From Malacoraja senta (Eukaryota), in NCBI GenBank assembly GCA_038087875.1, contig CM075987.1, positions 24,492,001 through 24,556,000 on the forward strand: a stretch of 64,000 nt of DNA, in the 5' to 3' direction. The stretch's first letter is position 1. Each line of letters begins with the position of its first letter. Both the position numbers and the translations under genes were made by a program. Shown in pieces: positions 13,221 through 26,579 of the stretch. Under the pieces are notes generated by a model. That model made no database searches. It was not told the origin of the DNA and worked only from the letters and a program-made list of their open reading frames with translations.

Positions 13221-13891
13221 TTAGAATCAGATTTTCAGAATCAGATTTTATTCGCCAAGTATGGTTTGCAACATACGAGGAATTTCACTGGCCAGGTCAG
13301 TCATACAATTAAAAGCAGCAGCCCTTGTGTCTATTTTCCTTTGCTTTTGTTCCTCAGCTAGACAGCACATGCTCTGTTTGGCAAAATACTGAATTCACGT
13401 GTCAGCCAGCCACTGTTATTCTGACTTCTATGAGTACACACACGGTTACATTATTGGTATAAAATTACATTTATTAGAAATGCCCCTTGAACAGACTCCA
13501 TCCCGGCCACAGAATCTGCTGTGGTTCAAATCTATAGTTATTTAAATTGATTGATGAGGGATAAATTTTAATAATTCCAGGAAATGCATGCATGGACATT
13601 GGAGCCATTGGCAAAGTGCACAACCCAAGCGGATTTTATCACAGATGGAAACATTTTCAGAGTATTTTTGAGGTGATGTGAACGACTGAAGCATTTTCAA
13701 ATAGGTTGCGAGAGAAAAAAAAACATCCTTTGATAATTTGTTACATGCTTACTTTGACAGAGAACTGTACAGTGCAGGGATAGGCCCGTGGGCCCACAAT
13801 GAGGTCCATGACAAACTGATCTCCTCCACCTGCACGTGAACCATGTGCCTCCATTCCCTGCAGATGCATGCACCTACCCAAAAGCCTCTTA

Positions 13892-14147
13892 AGCCCCTGT
13901 CCCACTGTACGAGGTAATTCACGAGTTCTCCCGAGTTTTCCCCCTGATTCGAACTCGGAGAATGTCCTTAGCGGGTCCGTAGGAGTTCGTGGATGTCTCG
14001 TAGCGGCTCGTAATGCTGACGGTAGGTATAAAAAGCAACAATTTTTTTCATCACGAGTATTTTTTAACTTGTGGACATTTTTTTGCAGGGATGAAAAAAC
14101 GTCACGAGTTTACCGGATGTCCCGAGTACCTACCGTTAGAATTACGA
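13892..14147. mobile_element. PIF/Harbinger-type MITE, truncated
   Basis: Left end agcccctgtcccactgtacgag, the same as at 51575. Right arm missing. Confidence 0.7.
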
Positions 14148-14227
14148 GGGTTTGTTACCGAGGCAGATATGCACAGAACCTAAAGTCTTGCCTCCATATT
14201 CATTGAAGAATGCTAACTACAGCTAAA

Positions 14228-14540
14228 GGCGGCACAGTGGCGCAGCGGGTAGAGCTGCTGCCTTACAGCGCTGGAGACCTGGGTTCGATCCTGCCTATTG
14301 CCGCTGTCTGCACGGAGTTTGTACATTCTCCCCGTGACCGTGACCGTGTGGGTTTTCTCCACTCCACACTCCGCCTCTCACACTCCAAAGACGTACAGGT
14401 TTGTACTTTAATTGGCTCCGGAAAAAAAAATGGAGATTGTTCCTAGTGTGTAGGATAGTATTAGTACGGGGATCGCTGGCCGGCGTGGACTCGGTGGCCC
14501 AAAGGGCCTGTTTCCGCGCTGTATCTCCAATGTCTAAAGT
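14228..14540 (+). mobile_element. V-SINE, full length
   Basis: A/B boxes, V domain and tail. Confidence 0.85.
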
Positions 14541-14770
14541 CTGAAGCTCGCATGCAGTTGTTAAAAGCGACGTGCTTCGAGGTTAGAAACAGTGAAGTAA
14601 GTCACCCTAGACACTTACTTAACAGCTTGGAGAAATGACCAAGGTAATGAGATGAGAGTTACATTCTCAAATGGAAAGCAGTTAGTGTATACATTTTAAA
14701 CTCAATTATATCTTTTTTACTGCAGGTGATTCGATGAAAAGTTGAAGACAGACACAAATTGCTGGAGTAA

Positions 14771-15932
14771 TAGAAACATAGAAACATAGAAAATAGGTGC
14801 AGGAGTAGGCCATTCGGCCCTTCGAGCCTGCACCGCCATTTGATATGATCATGGCTGATCATCCAACTCAGTATCCCATCCCTGCCTTCTCTCCATACCC
14901 CCTGATCCCTTTAGCCACAAGTGCCACATCTAACTCCCTCTTAAATATAGCCAATGAACTGGCCTCAACTACCTTCTGTGATTCACCACTCTCTGTGTAA
15001 AAAATGATTTCCTCATCTCGGTCCTAAAAGTCTTCCCTCTTATCCTTAAACTGTGACCCCCTAGTTCTGGACTTCCCCAACATCGGGAATAATCTTCCTG
15101 CATCTAGCCTGTCCAACCCCTTAAGAATTTTGTAAGTTTCTATAAGATCCCCCCTCAGTCTTCTGAATTCCAACGTGTACAAGCCGAGTCTATCCAGTCT
15201 TTCCTCATATGAAAGTCCTGCCATCCCAGGAATCAGTCTGGTGAACCTTCTCTGTACTCCCTCTATGGCAAGAATGTCTTTCCTCAGATTAGGAGACCAA
15301 AACTGTACGCAATACTCCAGGTGTGGTCTCACCAAGACCCTGTACAACTGCAGTAGAACCTCCCTGCTCTTATACTCAAATCCTTTTGCTATGAATGCTA
15401 ACATACCATTTGCTTTCTTCACTGCCTGCTGCACCTGCATTTCTACTTTCAATGACTGGTGTACCATGACACCCAGGTCTCGTTGCATCTCCCCTTTTCC
15501 TAATCGGCCACCATTCAGATAATAGTCTACTTTCCTGTTTTTGCCACCAAAGTGGATAACCTCACATTTATCCACATTATACTGCATCTGCCATGCCTTT
15601 GCCCACTCACCCAACCTATCCAAGTCACCTTGCAGCCTCCTAGCATCCTCCTCACAGCTAACACTGCCCCCCAGCTTCATGTCATCCGTAAACTTGGAGA
15701 TGTTGCATTCAATTCCCTCATCCAGATCATTAATATATATTGTAAATAGCTGGGGTCCCAGCACTGAGCCTTGCGGTACCCCACTAGTCACTGCCTGACA
15801 TTCTGAAAAGGACCCGTTTACTCCTACTCTTTGTTTCCTGTCTGCCAGCCAGTTCTCTATCCACATCAATACTGAACCCCCAATACCATGTGCTTTAAGT
15901 TTGTATACTAATCTCTTATGTGGGACCTTGTC
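14771..15932 (-). mobile_element. CR1 LINE reverse transcriptase fragment, inserted in a Penelope-derived element
   Basis: WIENWLADRKQRVGVNG...SGVPQGSVLGPQLFTIYINDLD...KFTDD...LVRPHLEYCVQFWSP. Confidence 0.93.
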
Positions 15933-16902
15933 GAATTCAGCGGGTCAGGCAGCAACTCTGCAGAAAAGGCATAGCTGACCTTTAGAATGATAGAAGTCTA
16001 TTAACTTGGTCTAATTTCTGCAGGCAAAGAATCTTTCGGTTAGGATTCAGTGAAACTCTCTATTGCCTGTCCTGTGATGACATCAATGGGGATCGACAAC
16101 ACATGGAACATAATTTGTGAGTGTCACAAAGAGTTTTATTTATGATCATTTTACTGCCTTGCACACAACCTCATACTGTTTCAACACACACCGTGGAATT
16201 GGAAGCCTCCGGTTTCATCCCACGACCACCCATATCTCTCATGTCTGTGGCCTGTTTGGCCATATTTTTCAAGTGTCAAAGGCCATTTTAAAATCTATAA
16301 TTAGAAGTGCAGTAAGATTGTCGAATAATTACTGATGTAATTGCATCCATTACCCTGAGCAAAGCGTTTTTATGTAAAGGTTATGTATTCTAGTTAAGCC
16401 TCCAATGAGTACATAAATCACATCAGAGCAAATGCATTCTTCCCTGTGTTGCAATACAGAAAACAATTGGAAACATGGTAATCTTAAACTAATTCTATAA
16501 TTGCAGTGGATTGCTTCTCTTAATTTTCCAGCATCTAGAAAACATAGTGTGGTCAACTTCAATTAACCAGGAGACTAGACAGCCCTTTGGAAATGTTGTC
16601 AGTGCATTAGTGCTTCTTAAGTGCACAGGTTCACAGTCATGCCTCCTTGGTTGGCAAAGTGCACTAACCTACTTTGACCTCAAATCCTGGGAGAAATTTA
16701 TAAACTTCCTCCAATGTCCACTATCGAGGCTATTTGTTACTGCTAAAAAAATTGCAATTTTAAATGAAGATCAAAGTTCATTCTAAATTCCTCCTTTTCT
16801 ATTTTTGTTCGGACTACGCTCTTAGTTAGTGTTTCTGTTGTCAGGGTGTAGCAACTCAGAAAAGTTGAGAGACTGAGATCCAGCGCTGATTTAACGCTGA
16901 CT

Positions 16903-17222
16903 GGGGCAGCACGGTGGCGCAGCGGAGCAGCTGCTGCCTTACAGCGCCAGAGACCCGAATTTGATCCTGACTACGGGTGCTTGTCCGTGTGGAGTTTGTA
17001 CGTTCTCCCCGTGACCTGCGTGGGTTTTCTCGGAGATCTTTGGCTTGCTCCCACACTCCAAAGATGTACAGGTTTGTAGGTTAATTGGCTTGGTATAAAT
17101 GTAAAATTGTCCCTCATATGTATAGGGCAGCGTTAATGTGTGGGGATCGCTGGTCTGGGCAGACTTGGTGGATGGAAGGGTCTGTTTCCGCGCTGTATCT
17201 CTAAACTAAACCAAACTAAACT
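16903..17222 (+). mobile_element. V-SINE, full length
   Basis: A/B boxes, V domain and (ctaaa)n tail. Confidence 0.88.
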
Positions 17223-17239
17223 AGTTGGCACGCAACAAA

Positions 17240-17726
17240 GGGTTCTCGAGATTGATCCCTGGGATTCTCATATGAGGAAAGATTGAAAAGACTAGGCTTG
17301 TATTCACTGGAGTTTAGAAGGATGAGGGGGAATCTTATAGAAACATATAAAATTATAAAAGGACTGGACAAACTAGATGCAGGAAAATTATTCCCAATGT
17401 TGGGCGAGTCCAGACCAGGGGCCACCGTCTTAGAATAAAGATGAGGTAATTTAATACTGAGGTGAGAAAAAACTTTTTCACCCAGAGAGTTGTGAATTTA
17501 TGGAATTCCCTGCCACAGAGGGCAGTGGAGGCCAAGTCACTGGATGGATTTAAGAGAGAGTTAGATAGAGCTCTAGGGGCTAGTGGAGTCAAGGGATATG
17601 GGGAGAAGGCAGGCACGGGTTATTGATAGGGGACGATCAGCCATGATCACAATGAATGGTGGTGCTGGCTTGAAGGGCCGATTGGCATCCTCCTGCACCT
17701 ATTTTCTATGTTTCTATGTTTCTATG
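17240..17726 (+). mobile_element. CR1 LINE 3' fragment inserted in a Rex1-like tail
   Basis: RT C-terminus. Flanks gcacgcaacaaa / agcttttcactgtacctc...acaataaa join into one tail. Confidence 0.85.
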
Positions 17727-17924
17727 TAAAAGCTTTTCACTGTACCTCAGTACACATGACAATAAACTAAACTAAACTCGATTCTTGATCAGTACGGGTG
17801 TCGGGGGTTATGGGGAGGAGAATGGGGTTGAGAGGGAAAGATAGTCAGCCATGATTGAATGGTGGAATAGACTTGATGTGCCGAATGGCCTAATTATGCT
17901 CCTGGAACTTATGAACTTATAAAC

Positions 17925-18237
17925 TTTAGTTTAGTTTAGTTTTGAGATACAGCGCGGAAACATGCCCTTCGGTCCACCGAGTCTGCACCGACCAGCGATC
18001 CCCGCGCATGAACACTATCCCACACACACCCGGGACAATTTTACATTTACCCCAAGCCAATTAACCTTCAAACCTGTACATCTTTAGAGTGTGGGAGGAA
18101 TCCGAATATCTGGGAGAAAACCCACACAGGTTACGGGAAGAAGGTACAAACTCCGTACAGACAAGCACCCGTAGTCAGGATCAACCCCGGGTCTCTGACG
18201 TAGTAAGGCAGTAGTTCTACCGCTACACCACCGTGCC
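17925..18237 (-). mobile_element. V-SINE, full length
   Basis: A/B boxes, V domain and tail. Confidence 0.85.
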
Positions 18238-20469
18238 GCATAACTAGCAGTAGAGATTTGGGTTTTGGGGAAGCCATGTGGATAACAAAAAAAAAGAAAG
18301 GATTATAGAACAGATATTCAATATTGTCAGGGAGTGAAAGGTCTCTCCACCGAAGTTCACCATCCATAGCACAAGTTGAAAAGAAATGTAAAGAGCTCAG
18401 TGCCTCTGCGTTTTCTCTCTGGCAATCAATTGGTTGCAGGTGGGGTGCGTATCAACACTGTCAGTCAAATGTAGAAGCAGCAATTGCATTAACAGGAAAT
18501 CCAGCTATATGCTTGTCAAAGGACAACTACAATCTCAATGAATAACATTTCCGGCTTGCAAGAGGAACAGTTTTGAATTATTTTTTGTGTGGGGAGGAAA
18601 AATGAAATCAGGTGAGTTTGCTCTTTTAACCCTTAAGACAGAAGCCCCAGTCAACGCTAGGGTGTTCTGAACTGTGTTCACAAGTTTGCAAGTTATATGA
18701 GTAGAATGAGGCCATTCGGCCCATTGAATCCACTCCGCCATTCAAGCAGGGCTGATCTCAGGCTCCTCCTCCCATTTTTTTGCCTTCCCCCCCCATAACC
18801 CTCAACACCTGTTCTAATCAAGAACTTGTCTATCTCTGCCTTACATAATATCCACTGACTTGGCCAGCACAGCCCTCCGTGGCAATGGGTTCTCTCACCT
18901 TTCACTTGATAGACTCACACAGCGTTATAGGCAAGCAGAGTTATAGAGCCATACTGCAGTGTCACGGAAACAGGCATTTCCAAACATACCTCAGGCTACT
19001 AACGTTAATCTTACAGTCTTAAAGCAACATGTGATGTACCTTTGTATGTCTTGCATGGTACAGCAGTGAGCAGCATAAGGAATAACTTCCCAAATTAGAA
19101 AAGTGTGAAGATGTATTTTAGACCTATACTTCCCCACCCCCCCCCCCCTATCCAAGTTCATAAGTGCTAGGAGAAGAATTAGGCCATTCGGCCCATCAAG
19201 TCCACTCCGCCGTTCAATCGTGGCTGATCTATCTTTCTCTCTCAACCCCATTCTCCTGCCTTCTCCCCACAACCCAACATCCGTACTAGTCAAGAATCTG
19301 TCAATCTTCACCATAGAAATATCCAATGTGGTCATTGGGAGAACATGCAAACTCCACACAGGCAGCACCCGAGATCAGGATCAAACTCAGGTTTAGTTTA
19401 GTTTAGAGATCCAGCACCGGAATATATTGAAGTGGCTCCACAGCCATCAATGATTGGAATCAGTGCAGCAAAGCCAAATGCATCAGCATAATCGTGCCAT
19501 TATCCCTTCGTTCAAATAGGCTTCCGAGTTTAATAAAAGGATGCATGACTAAAATCACACAGCTTACTTTCAACTCCGAGGTTCTTTATTGCTGGTTCTC
19601 GGTGCATAGATGCGGATGTGGATGTGGAAACACACAGGAGTTAATTTGGAAGTCCCAGAAGAGCAGGCCATTTTAATTTTATACTTGATCAAAAGTGAAA
19701 AAAATAGCGAACATGAATAATAGCTGAGAGAATTAAAAGCAGTAATTAGATCTCAGGGTTCAGATGATAAATTGCTTAAACTCATCGCTTCACACTCAGA
19801 AAGTAATATGACCCTTCAGTGTGATTAGTTTCCTTCCAGAAGCTAGTATTCCCTATATGTATAGAGATGGCCAGTAAAGTAGAAGGTCATATATCACAAA
19901 TCCCAAAATGCACCCTGTAGGAAAAGATACAGATTATGTCACTTCTATATATACTACAATTCAAGAACATACATGCGTTGCCTTAAACATTAGAATTGTC
20001 TTTCTTTCTGTATTGCATTAACCTTTGTGGATATATCTCTCCATAATGTATCATCTTGACCCAGTTCCATTTTCTGCACATTTCTAAGTATATTGCTTTA
20101 TCAGACATCAGTCTGAAGAAGGGTCTCGACCCGAAATGTCACCCATTCCCTCTCTCCAGAGATGCTGCCTGTCCCGCTGAGTTACTCCAGCATTTTGTGT
20201 CTACCTTTGCTTTATCTTACTCAGTGTTCTGTGGATTTTATTAAAACGTTAAACTTAAAGAGCCATTCTCACAAAGTAAAAAATCATGTACGCTGTGGCT
20301 ATTTTTTCCTGCGGGTTTGTGCTTACGTTGTTGGGGCTCAGAATTCCAACCCCTCTACCGAGCAAAATGCATTTTCAGAAGTGAAATGAAGACGACGGGG
20401 GAATATTTGAGGAACAGTGGCCTTGAAATTCAGTTGTACAGTGTTCAGTGACTGAATTTCATTCACCTT

Positions 20470-20777
20470 GGGCGGCGCGATGGCGCAGCAGTGGAGTTAC
20501 TGACTTACAGCGCCAGAGACCTGGGTTCGATCCTGACTACGGGAGTTTGTACGTTCTCCTTGTGACCCATATGGGTTTTCTCCGGGACCTTCGGTTTCCT
20601 TCCACACTCCAAAGACGTACAGGTTTGTAGGTTAATTGGCTTGGGTTTGTATACTTGGTATAAGTGTAAATTGTCCCTAATGTGTGCAGGCTTGTGTTAA
20701 TGTGAGGGGATCGCTGGTCGGTGCGGACTCGGTGGGCCGAAGGACCTGTTTCCGCGCTGCATATCTAAACTAAACTA
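20470..20777 (+). mobile_element. V-SINE
   Basis: A/B boxes, V domain and tail. Confidence 0.85.
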
Positions 20778-21722
20778 CCTGGCAGCTAAACTAATTGCCT
20801 TGCCTGCACTAGTCCTTAAGGTTGCCATATAACTAAATAATCATGACCCACCAAGGCAAATCTCTTTCCACCATATGTGACTTACTTTAATATTGTCCTT
20901 ATCAGTATATCAGTTCAGTTTAGTTTATTGTCACATGTAATGAGGTACAGTGAAAAGCTTTTGCTGCGTGCTAACTAGCCAGCGGAAAGACAACACATGA
21001 TTACAATCGAGCCATTTACAGTGTACAGATACATGATAAGGGATTAACCTTTAGTGATCATAGTTAAAGAAATGTTGCTGTAGGAGTAGAGATTTTAGAG
21101 TGTGGGTGCAGATCTGCTTCTGTGGCCAGCAGGTAAATAGTCGCCTGAGTTGGGCGCCATCTTGGAAGCAGAGAATATAAAGAGAATCCTTCCAAGAATG
21201 TAATGCACTTTTTTTTAACCAAGCATTTTATGATTAAATTGAATAGCTTATTCATAAAATGGTCAGAAAAAAAAGATCAATTGTAAATATTTTCAAATAA
21301 AGAACACAGAAGCACATTCCTTATCAGTGTGCTTACTTAAATAGCTTCTTTTGAACGTAAATCACCAGCTGGGATGGTGGGAGTCAACCTTACATCCAAG
21401 CCTCAAGATACTCGCTCAGTAAACTAACCACCTGACTTCCTTCATCCATTTTGATACCACCAAGCATTCCTTCCTTTAGTTTAGTTTAGAGATACAGCAC
21501 GGAGACAGGAGAACGGTGAGTAAGCTGGCGGAAAAATCGTAGCGCAAGATCAGAGTTAGTTTTATGTATCGATAGATGAGTAAATAAAAGGCACATGCCT
21601 GCCATAAGTAGAACTGATATTCTCATAATCTGCAAGATTTGACCTGAATCATAAACTCATTAAAATGAAATAAGATGTTTTTAGTTTTTTAGTTTTAAAC
21701 GTAGAGCATGGTGTAGGCCCTT

Positions 21723-22812
21723 AGATACATAGATACATAGATACATAGAAAATAGGTGCAGGAGTAGGCCATTCGGCCCTACGAGCCTGCACCGCCATTC
21801 AATATGATCATGGCTGATTATCCAACTCAGTATCCCGTACCTGCCTTCTCTCCATACCCCCTGATCCCCTTAGCCACAAGGGCCACATCTAACTCCCTCT
21901 TAAATATAGCCAATGAACTGGCCTCAACTACCCTCTGTGGCAGAGAGTTCCAGAGATTCACCACTCTCTGTGTGAAAAAGTTTTTCCTCATCTCGGTCCT
22001 AAAGGATTTTCCCCTTATCCTTAAGCTGTGACCCCTTGTCCTGGACTTCCCCAACATCGGGAACAATCTTCCTGTATCTAGCCTGTCCAATCCCATAAGA
22101 ATTTTGTACGTTTCTATAAGATCCCCTCTCAATCTCCTAAATTCTAGCGAGTATAAGCCAAGTCTATCCAGTCTTTCTTCATATGAAAGTCCTGACATCC
22201 CAGGAATCAGTCTGGTGAACCTTCTCTGCACTCCCTCTATGGCTATAATGTCCTTCCTCAGATTTGGAGACCAAAACTGTATGCAATACTCCAGGTGTGG
22301 TGTCACCAAGACCCTGTACAACTGCAGTAGAACCTCCCTGCTCCTATACTCAAATCCTCTTGCTATGAAGGCCAACATACCATTCGCTTTCTTCACTGCC
22401 TGCTGCATCTGCATGCCTACTTTCAATGACTGGTGTACCATGACACCCAGGTCTCGCTGCATCTCCCCATTTCCTAATCGGCCACCATTTAGATAATAGT
22501 CTGCCTTCCCGTTTTTGCCACCAAAGTGGATAACCTCACATTTATCCACATTATACTGCATCTGCCAAACATTTGCCCACTCACCCAGCCTATCCAAGTC
22601 ACCTTGCAGTCTCCTAGCATCCTCCTCACAGCTAACACTGCCCCCCAGCTTAGTGTCATCCGCAAACTTGGAGATGTTGCTTTCAATTCCCTCGTCCAGA
22701 TCATTAATATAAATTGTAAATAGCTGGGGTCCCAGCACTGAGCCTTGCGGTACCCCACTAGTCACTGCCTGCCATTGTGAAAAGGACCCATTTACTCCTA
22801 CTCTTTGCAGAC
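21723..22812 (-). mobile_element. CR1 LINE RT fragment with uninterrupted frame and 10-bp TSD
   Basis: QRVGVNG...GVPQGSVLGP...KFADDTKL...GYGEKAGTGY. TSD GTAGGCCCTT at 21713-21722 and 22813-22822. Confidence 0.95.
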
Positions 22813-22861
22813 GTAGGCCCTTTGGCCCACCGGGTCTATGCCGACCAGCGATCACCCATAC

Positions 22862-23898
22862 AGGCAGTGACTAGTGGGGTGCCGCAAGGCTAGGTTCTGG
22901 GACCTCAGTTGTTTAGAATATATATTAACGATTTAGACGAGGGAATTAAATGTAACGTTTGCGGATGACACAAAGCTGGGTGGCAGTGTGAGCTGCGAGG
23001 AGGATGCAATGAGACTGCAGGGTGACTTGGATAGGTTGGGTGAGTGGGCAGAAGCATGGCAGATGCAGCTTAATGTGGATAAATGTGAGGTTCTCCACTT
23101 TGGTGGCAAGAACAGGAAGGCAGATTATTATCTGAATGGTGTCAGATTAGGGAAAGGGGAGGTGCAACAAGACCTGGGTGTGCTTGTACATCAGTCACTG
23201 AAAGTAAGTATGCAGGTACAACAGGCAGTGAAGAAAGCTAATGGCATGTTGGCCTTCATTGAGAGAGGATTTGAGTACAGGAGCAAGAAGGTCCTACTGC
23301 AGTTGTACAGGGCCCTGGTGAGACCGCACCTTGAGTATTGTGTGCAATTTTCGTCTCCTAATTTGAGGAAGGACATTATTGCTATTGAGGGAGTGCAGCG
23401 TAGGTTCACCAGGTTAATTCCTGGGATGGCGGGACTGATATATGATTAAAGAATGGGTCGACTGGGCTTGTATTCGCTGGAATTTAGGATGAGAGGGTAT
23501 CTTATAGAAACATATACATTTCTTAGAGGATTGGACATGGTGGATGCAGGAAAAATGTTCCCGATGTTGGGGGAGTCCAGAACCAGGGGTCACAGTTTAA
23601 GAATAAGGGGTAGGCCATTTAGGACTGAGATGAGGAAAAACTTTTTCACCCAGAGACTTGTGAATCTGTGAAATTCTCTGCCACAGAAGGCAGTGGAGGC
23701 CAATTCACTGGACGTTTTCAAGAGAGAGTTAGATTTAGCTCTTAGGGCTAACGGAATCATGGGATATAGGGAGAAAACAGGAACGGGGTACTGATTGTGG
23801 ATGATCAGCCATGATCACGTTGAATGGTGGTGCTGGCTCGAAGGGCTGAATGGCCTACATCTGCAGCTATTTTCTATGTTTCTATATTTCTATGTTTC
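22862..23898 (+). mobile_element. CR1 LINE RT fragment (degenerate)
   Basis: QAVTSGVPQG...FADDTKLGGSVSCEED...LVRPHLEYCVQF, with stops and frameshifts. Confidence 0.93.
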
Positions 23899-24227
23899 TA
23901 AACACCAGGGAAGATGGTGGACAAGCATGAGACCCATCAAACACAAACCTTGTCATGTCAAACACCGCCAGGGAACTTGAGCGCCAAGCAGCGCAAGAAA
24001 CATACACTGAAACGTATCAACAAAATTTGTTCAGCGGTGGCTTCTGCTACTGTCAGGCAAAGAACTAAATAAAAGCACCTTGTGGAGGTGTTAAACACTG
24101 CAGGCCAAGTTTTCAAAGACTCCTGCACCAACAAAAGCAACCCGCAAACCATCTTTACCGACAGAGAAATATTCATTCTCGAGGAAATGTTGCAAGTCAG
24201 ATGTTTGTACAAACTTGCAACAGCAAA

Positions 24228-24470
24228 TAGACAATAGACAATAGGTGCAGGAGTAGGCCATTCGGCCCTTCGAGCCAGCACCGCCATTCAATGTGATCAT
24301 GGCTGATCAAACCCAATCAGTACCCCGTTCCTGCCTTCTCCCCATATCCCCTGACTCCGCTCTCTTTTAGAGCCCTATCTAGCTCTCTCTTGAAAGTATC
24401 CAGAGAACCGGCCTCCACCGCCCTCTGAAGCAGAGAATTCCACAGACTCGCAACTCTCTGTGTGAAAAAG
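24228..24470 (-). mobile_element. CR1 LINE 3' end
   Basis: FFTQRVASLWNSL...GYGEKAGTGY and tail. Confidence 0.88.
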
Positions 24471-25064
24471 TCAAAATTAAGATTTAGTTTACAATTTACT
24501 ATCAATTCTTTTGTTCCAGTCGTTATTTCCCCCCGCAAATTCTGTTTGAAATCTCCGCAGAATATCATTCGAAAGATCCCATTTTTTTCCCTTCACTCCG
24601 GGGAAATTGCAGGCATTTGTAAATCATCTCCTGAACGTCCCTTCAAGCAATCCAAGGGGAAAAGTGTTATAGGGAGTAAAGAAAAGTGCCTTTCCCTATT
24701 TTTTTGCATTTATTAGATATCAATTAAAATATTAAGAGGCGAGGAAAGAAGGCCGTTTGATGGACGGTCAAGATAAATCCCAGTTTGCGAGACCTCTGGT
24801 CAGTGCAGTGAGGCACAGGCAGGCCGATAGCAGGACATGTGACAGATTACTTTAGATTCAATGAGATTTTATTTAATTTTACAGTCACATGTGACAAGTC
24901 ACAGTGAGTTGCCTTGTTCTGCATAACTAGGTATACAAACAGTCACCACATAGAGGGCACTGACAAAGTTACACAGTACCCCTTTTTAGCCACAATGGTC
25001 CCCCTTCCCCCCCCGGTCCCCCCTCCCCCCCCACCCCCCCTCCCCACCTTAGTTCTTGCCACGT

Positions 25065-25368
25065 CATAGAGCCATTGACTGATACAGCATGGATACAGGC
25101 ATTTCGGCCCAACTTGCCCACACCGGCTAACTTGTCCCAGCTACACTAGTCCAACCTGCCTGCATGTCCAATCCATGTACCTGTCTAACTGTTTCTTAAA
25201 CGTTGGGGTAGTCCCAGCCTCAACTACCTCCTCTGGCAGCTCGTTCCACACACCCGCCACCCTTTGTGTGAAAAAGTTACCCATCAGATTCCCATTAAAT
25301 CTTTTCCCCTTCACCTTAAACTTAAGGTCCTCTGGTCCTCGATTCACCTACTCTGGGCAAGAGACTCG
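25065..25368 (-). mobile_element. CR1 LINE 3' end (subfamily sharing the SINE tail)
   Basis: GNFFTQRVAGVWNELPEEVVEAGT..FKKQLDRYM. Confidence 0.85.
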
Positions 25369-25573
25369 GTGCAGACCACCCCCCCACCCCACACCCACTT
25401 TGTTCTTGACAGCCGTCCACTCCAGATGCCTCTTTGAGTTCGGCGGCCCAAGAATGGTCCACGATTAAAAATTCACGTGGTGTGATCTTTATAAATGCTC
25501 CCAGTTAGAATAGGCAGCCCCTGAGTGCCCCTGTGTACAAGCAGATGAGTGCGTGTAATTGATTGTTGCTTAC

Positions 25574-25715
25574 TTGTAAAAACTGTCCGGCTCCAGGCAC
25601 TTGAAGATTAAGGAGTATGTGGTAGAGTCGGAGGCAAGCCCGTGGTTTCTCCCCACCACCACACAGGTCGACCCCAGGCCTGAAAGAAGGTCATCGGCAA
25701 AGCTCAAAGATTCCC
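25574..25715 (-). CDS. ASTN2: Internal coding exon of astrotactin-2 (FN3 region), 142 nt, phase 1 in / phase 2 out
   Basis: Translates (G)ESLSFADDLLSGLGSTCVVVGRNHGLASDSTTYSLIFKCLEPDSFY(K), matching recalled ASTN2 GEFLSFADDLLSGLGTSCVAAGRSHG...YSVIFKCLEPDGLYK better than ASTN1. Acceptor ccctctgtttgttttattttaacAG and donor GTaagc on the minus strand. Confidence 0.93.
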
Positions 25716-25829
25716 CTGTTAAAATAAAACAAACAGAGGGATGAAGCTGATGAGTTACTTTAAGCATGGACTGGTAAAAGCTGCTTGACGTGTATCACCC
25801 TGGCATTTCCATGGGCTGTTCTTGTGCAG

Positions 25830-26110
25830 GGGAAGGGTGGGGGTGGGGTGGGGTGACGTGGGTGGGGGATGACGGGGGTGGGGATGGGGGTGACGGCGGT
25901 TGGGGTTGGGGTGGGGGTGACAGGGGTGGGGGTGGGGGTGACGGGGGTGGGGGTGACAGGGTTGGGGGGTGACGGGCGTGGTGGTGACGAGGGTGGGGGG
26001 GTGATGGGGTGGGGATGACGGGGGTGGGGGGTGATGGGGGTGGGGGGATGGGGGGGGTGACGGGATGGGGGTGGGGGGTGACGGGGGGTGGGGGGTGGGG
26101 GGAGGAGGGA
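25830..26110 (+). repeat. G-rich low-complexity tract (GGGGT/GGTGAC units)
   Basis: Dozens of G3-G7 runs. Confidence 0.9.
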
Positions 26111-26579
26111 AACTGGGTCATCCTTTTTCCCGTGTCTTTATTTTTCTTTCAACCACATTCGTGAGATCTTTTACAGAAAAAATAAACAAAGTTCAGTGTT
26201 TCTAAAGACGTTTGTTTCTCAGCCGCCCGCAGGCTATTATTTTTCTGAAGATTAAATATGGTCTGTTCACTTTCGCTTTAACTCTGTGAAAGGGGACTGA
26301 GATGCGTTAGGTCAGAGTTATTCCACTTGATTTGTCTGTAGACGCACGCACGTGCGTGCATGTGTGTGTGTGTGCGTGTGCGTCTTGCATGGGTTTTAGT
26401 TCCGAAATACTGCATGGAACAGGCCGTTCGGCCCAACGAGTCCATGCTGACCAACGATCACCCATTCACGCTAGTTCTATGTTATCCCACTTTCCCATCC
26501 ACTCACGACAAGTTTGGGGCAATTTTACAGGGGGTCAAACGTACACGTCTCTGGGACGTGGGAGGAAACTCAGTCTTGT

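Noticed and set aside
14228..14295. tRNA genes at A/B-box sequences
   Set aside because: They are SINE heads that continue into the V domain, with no complete cloverleaf.
21827..22855. 342-aa reverse transcriptase ORF as a functional gene
   Set aside because: 5'-truncated CR1 lacking the endonuclease and N-terminal RT. Its start lies in an adjacent SINE tail.
25570..25767. 65-aa ORF as a standalone gene
   Set aside because: Only 25574-25715 is exon. The start and stop codons are intronic.
25795..26121. Proline-rich ORF
   Set aside because: Low-complexity G/C tract.
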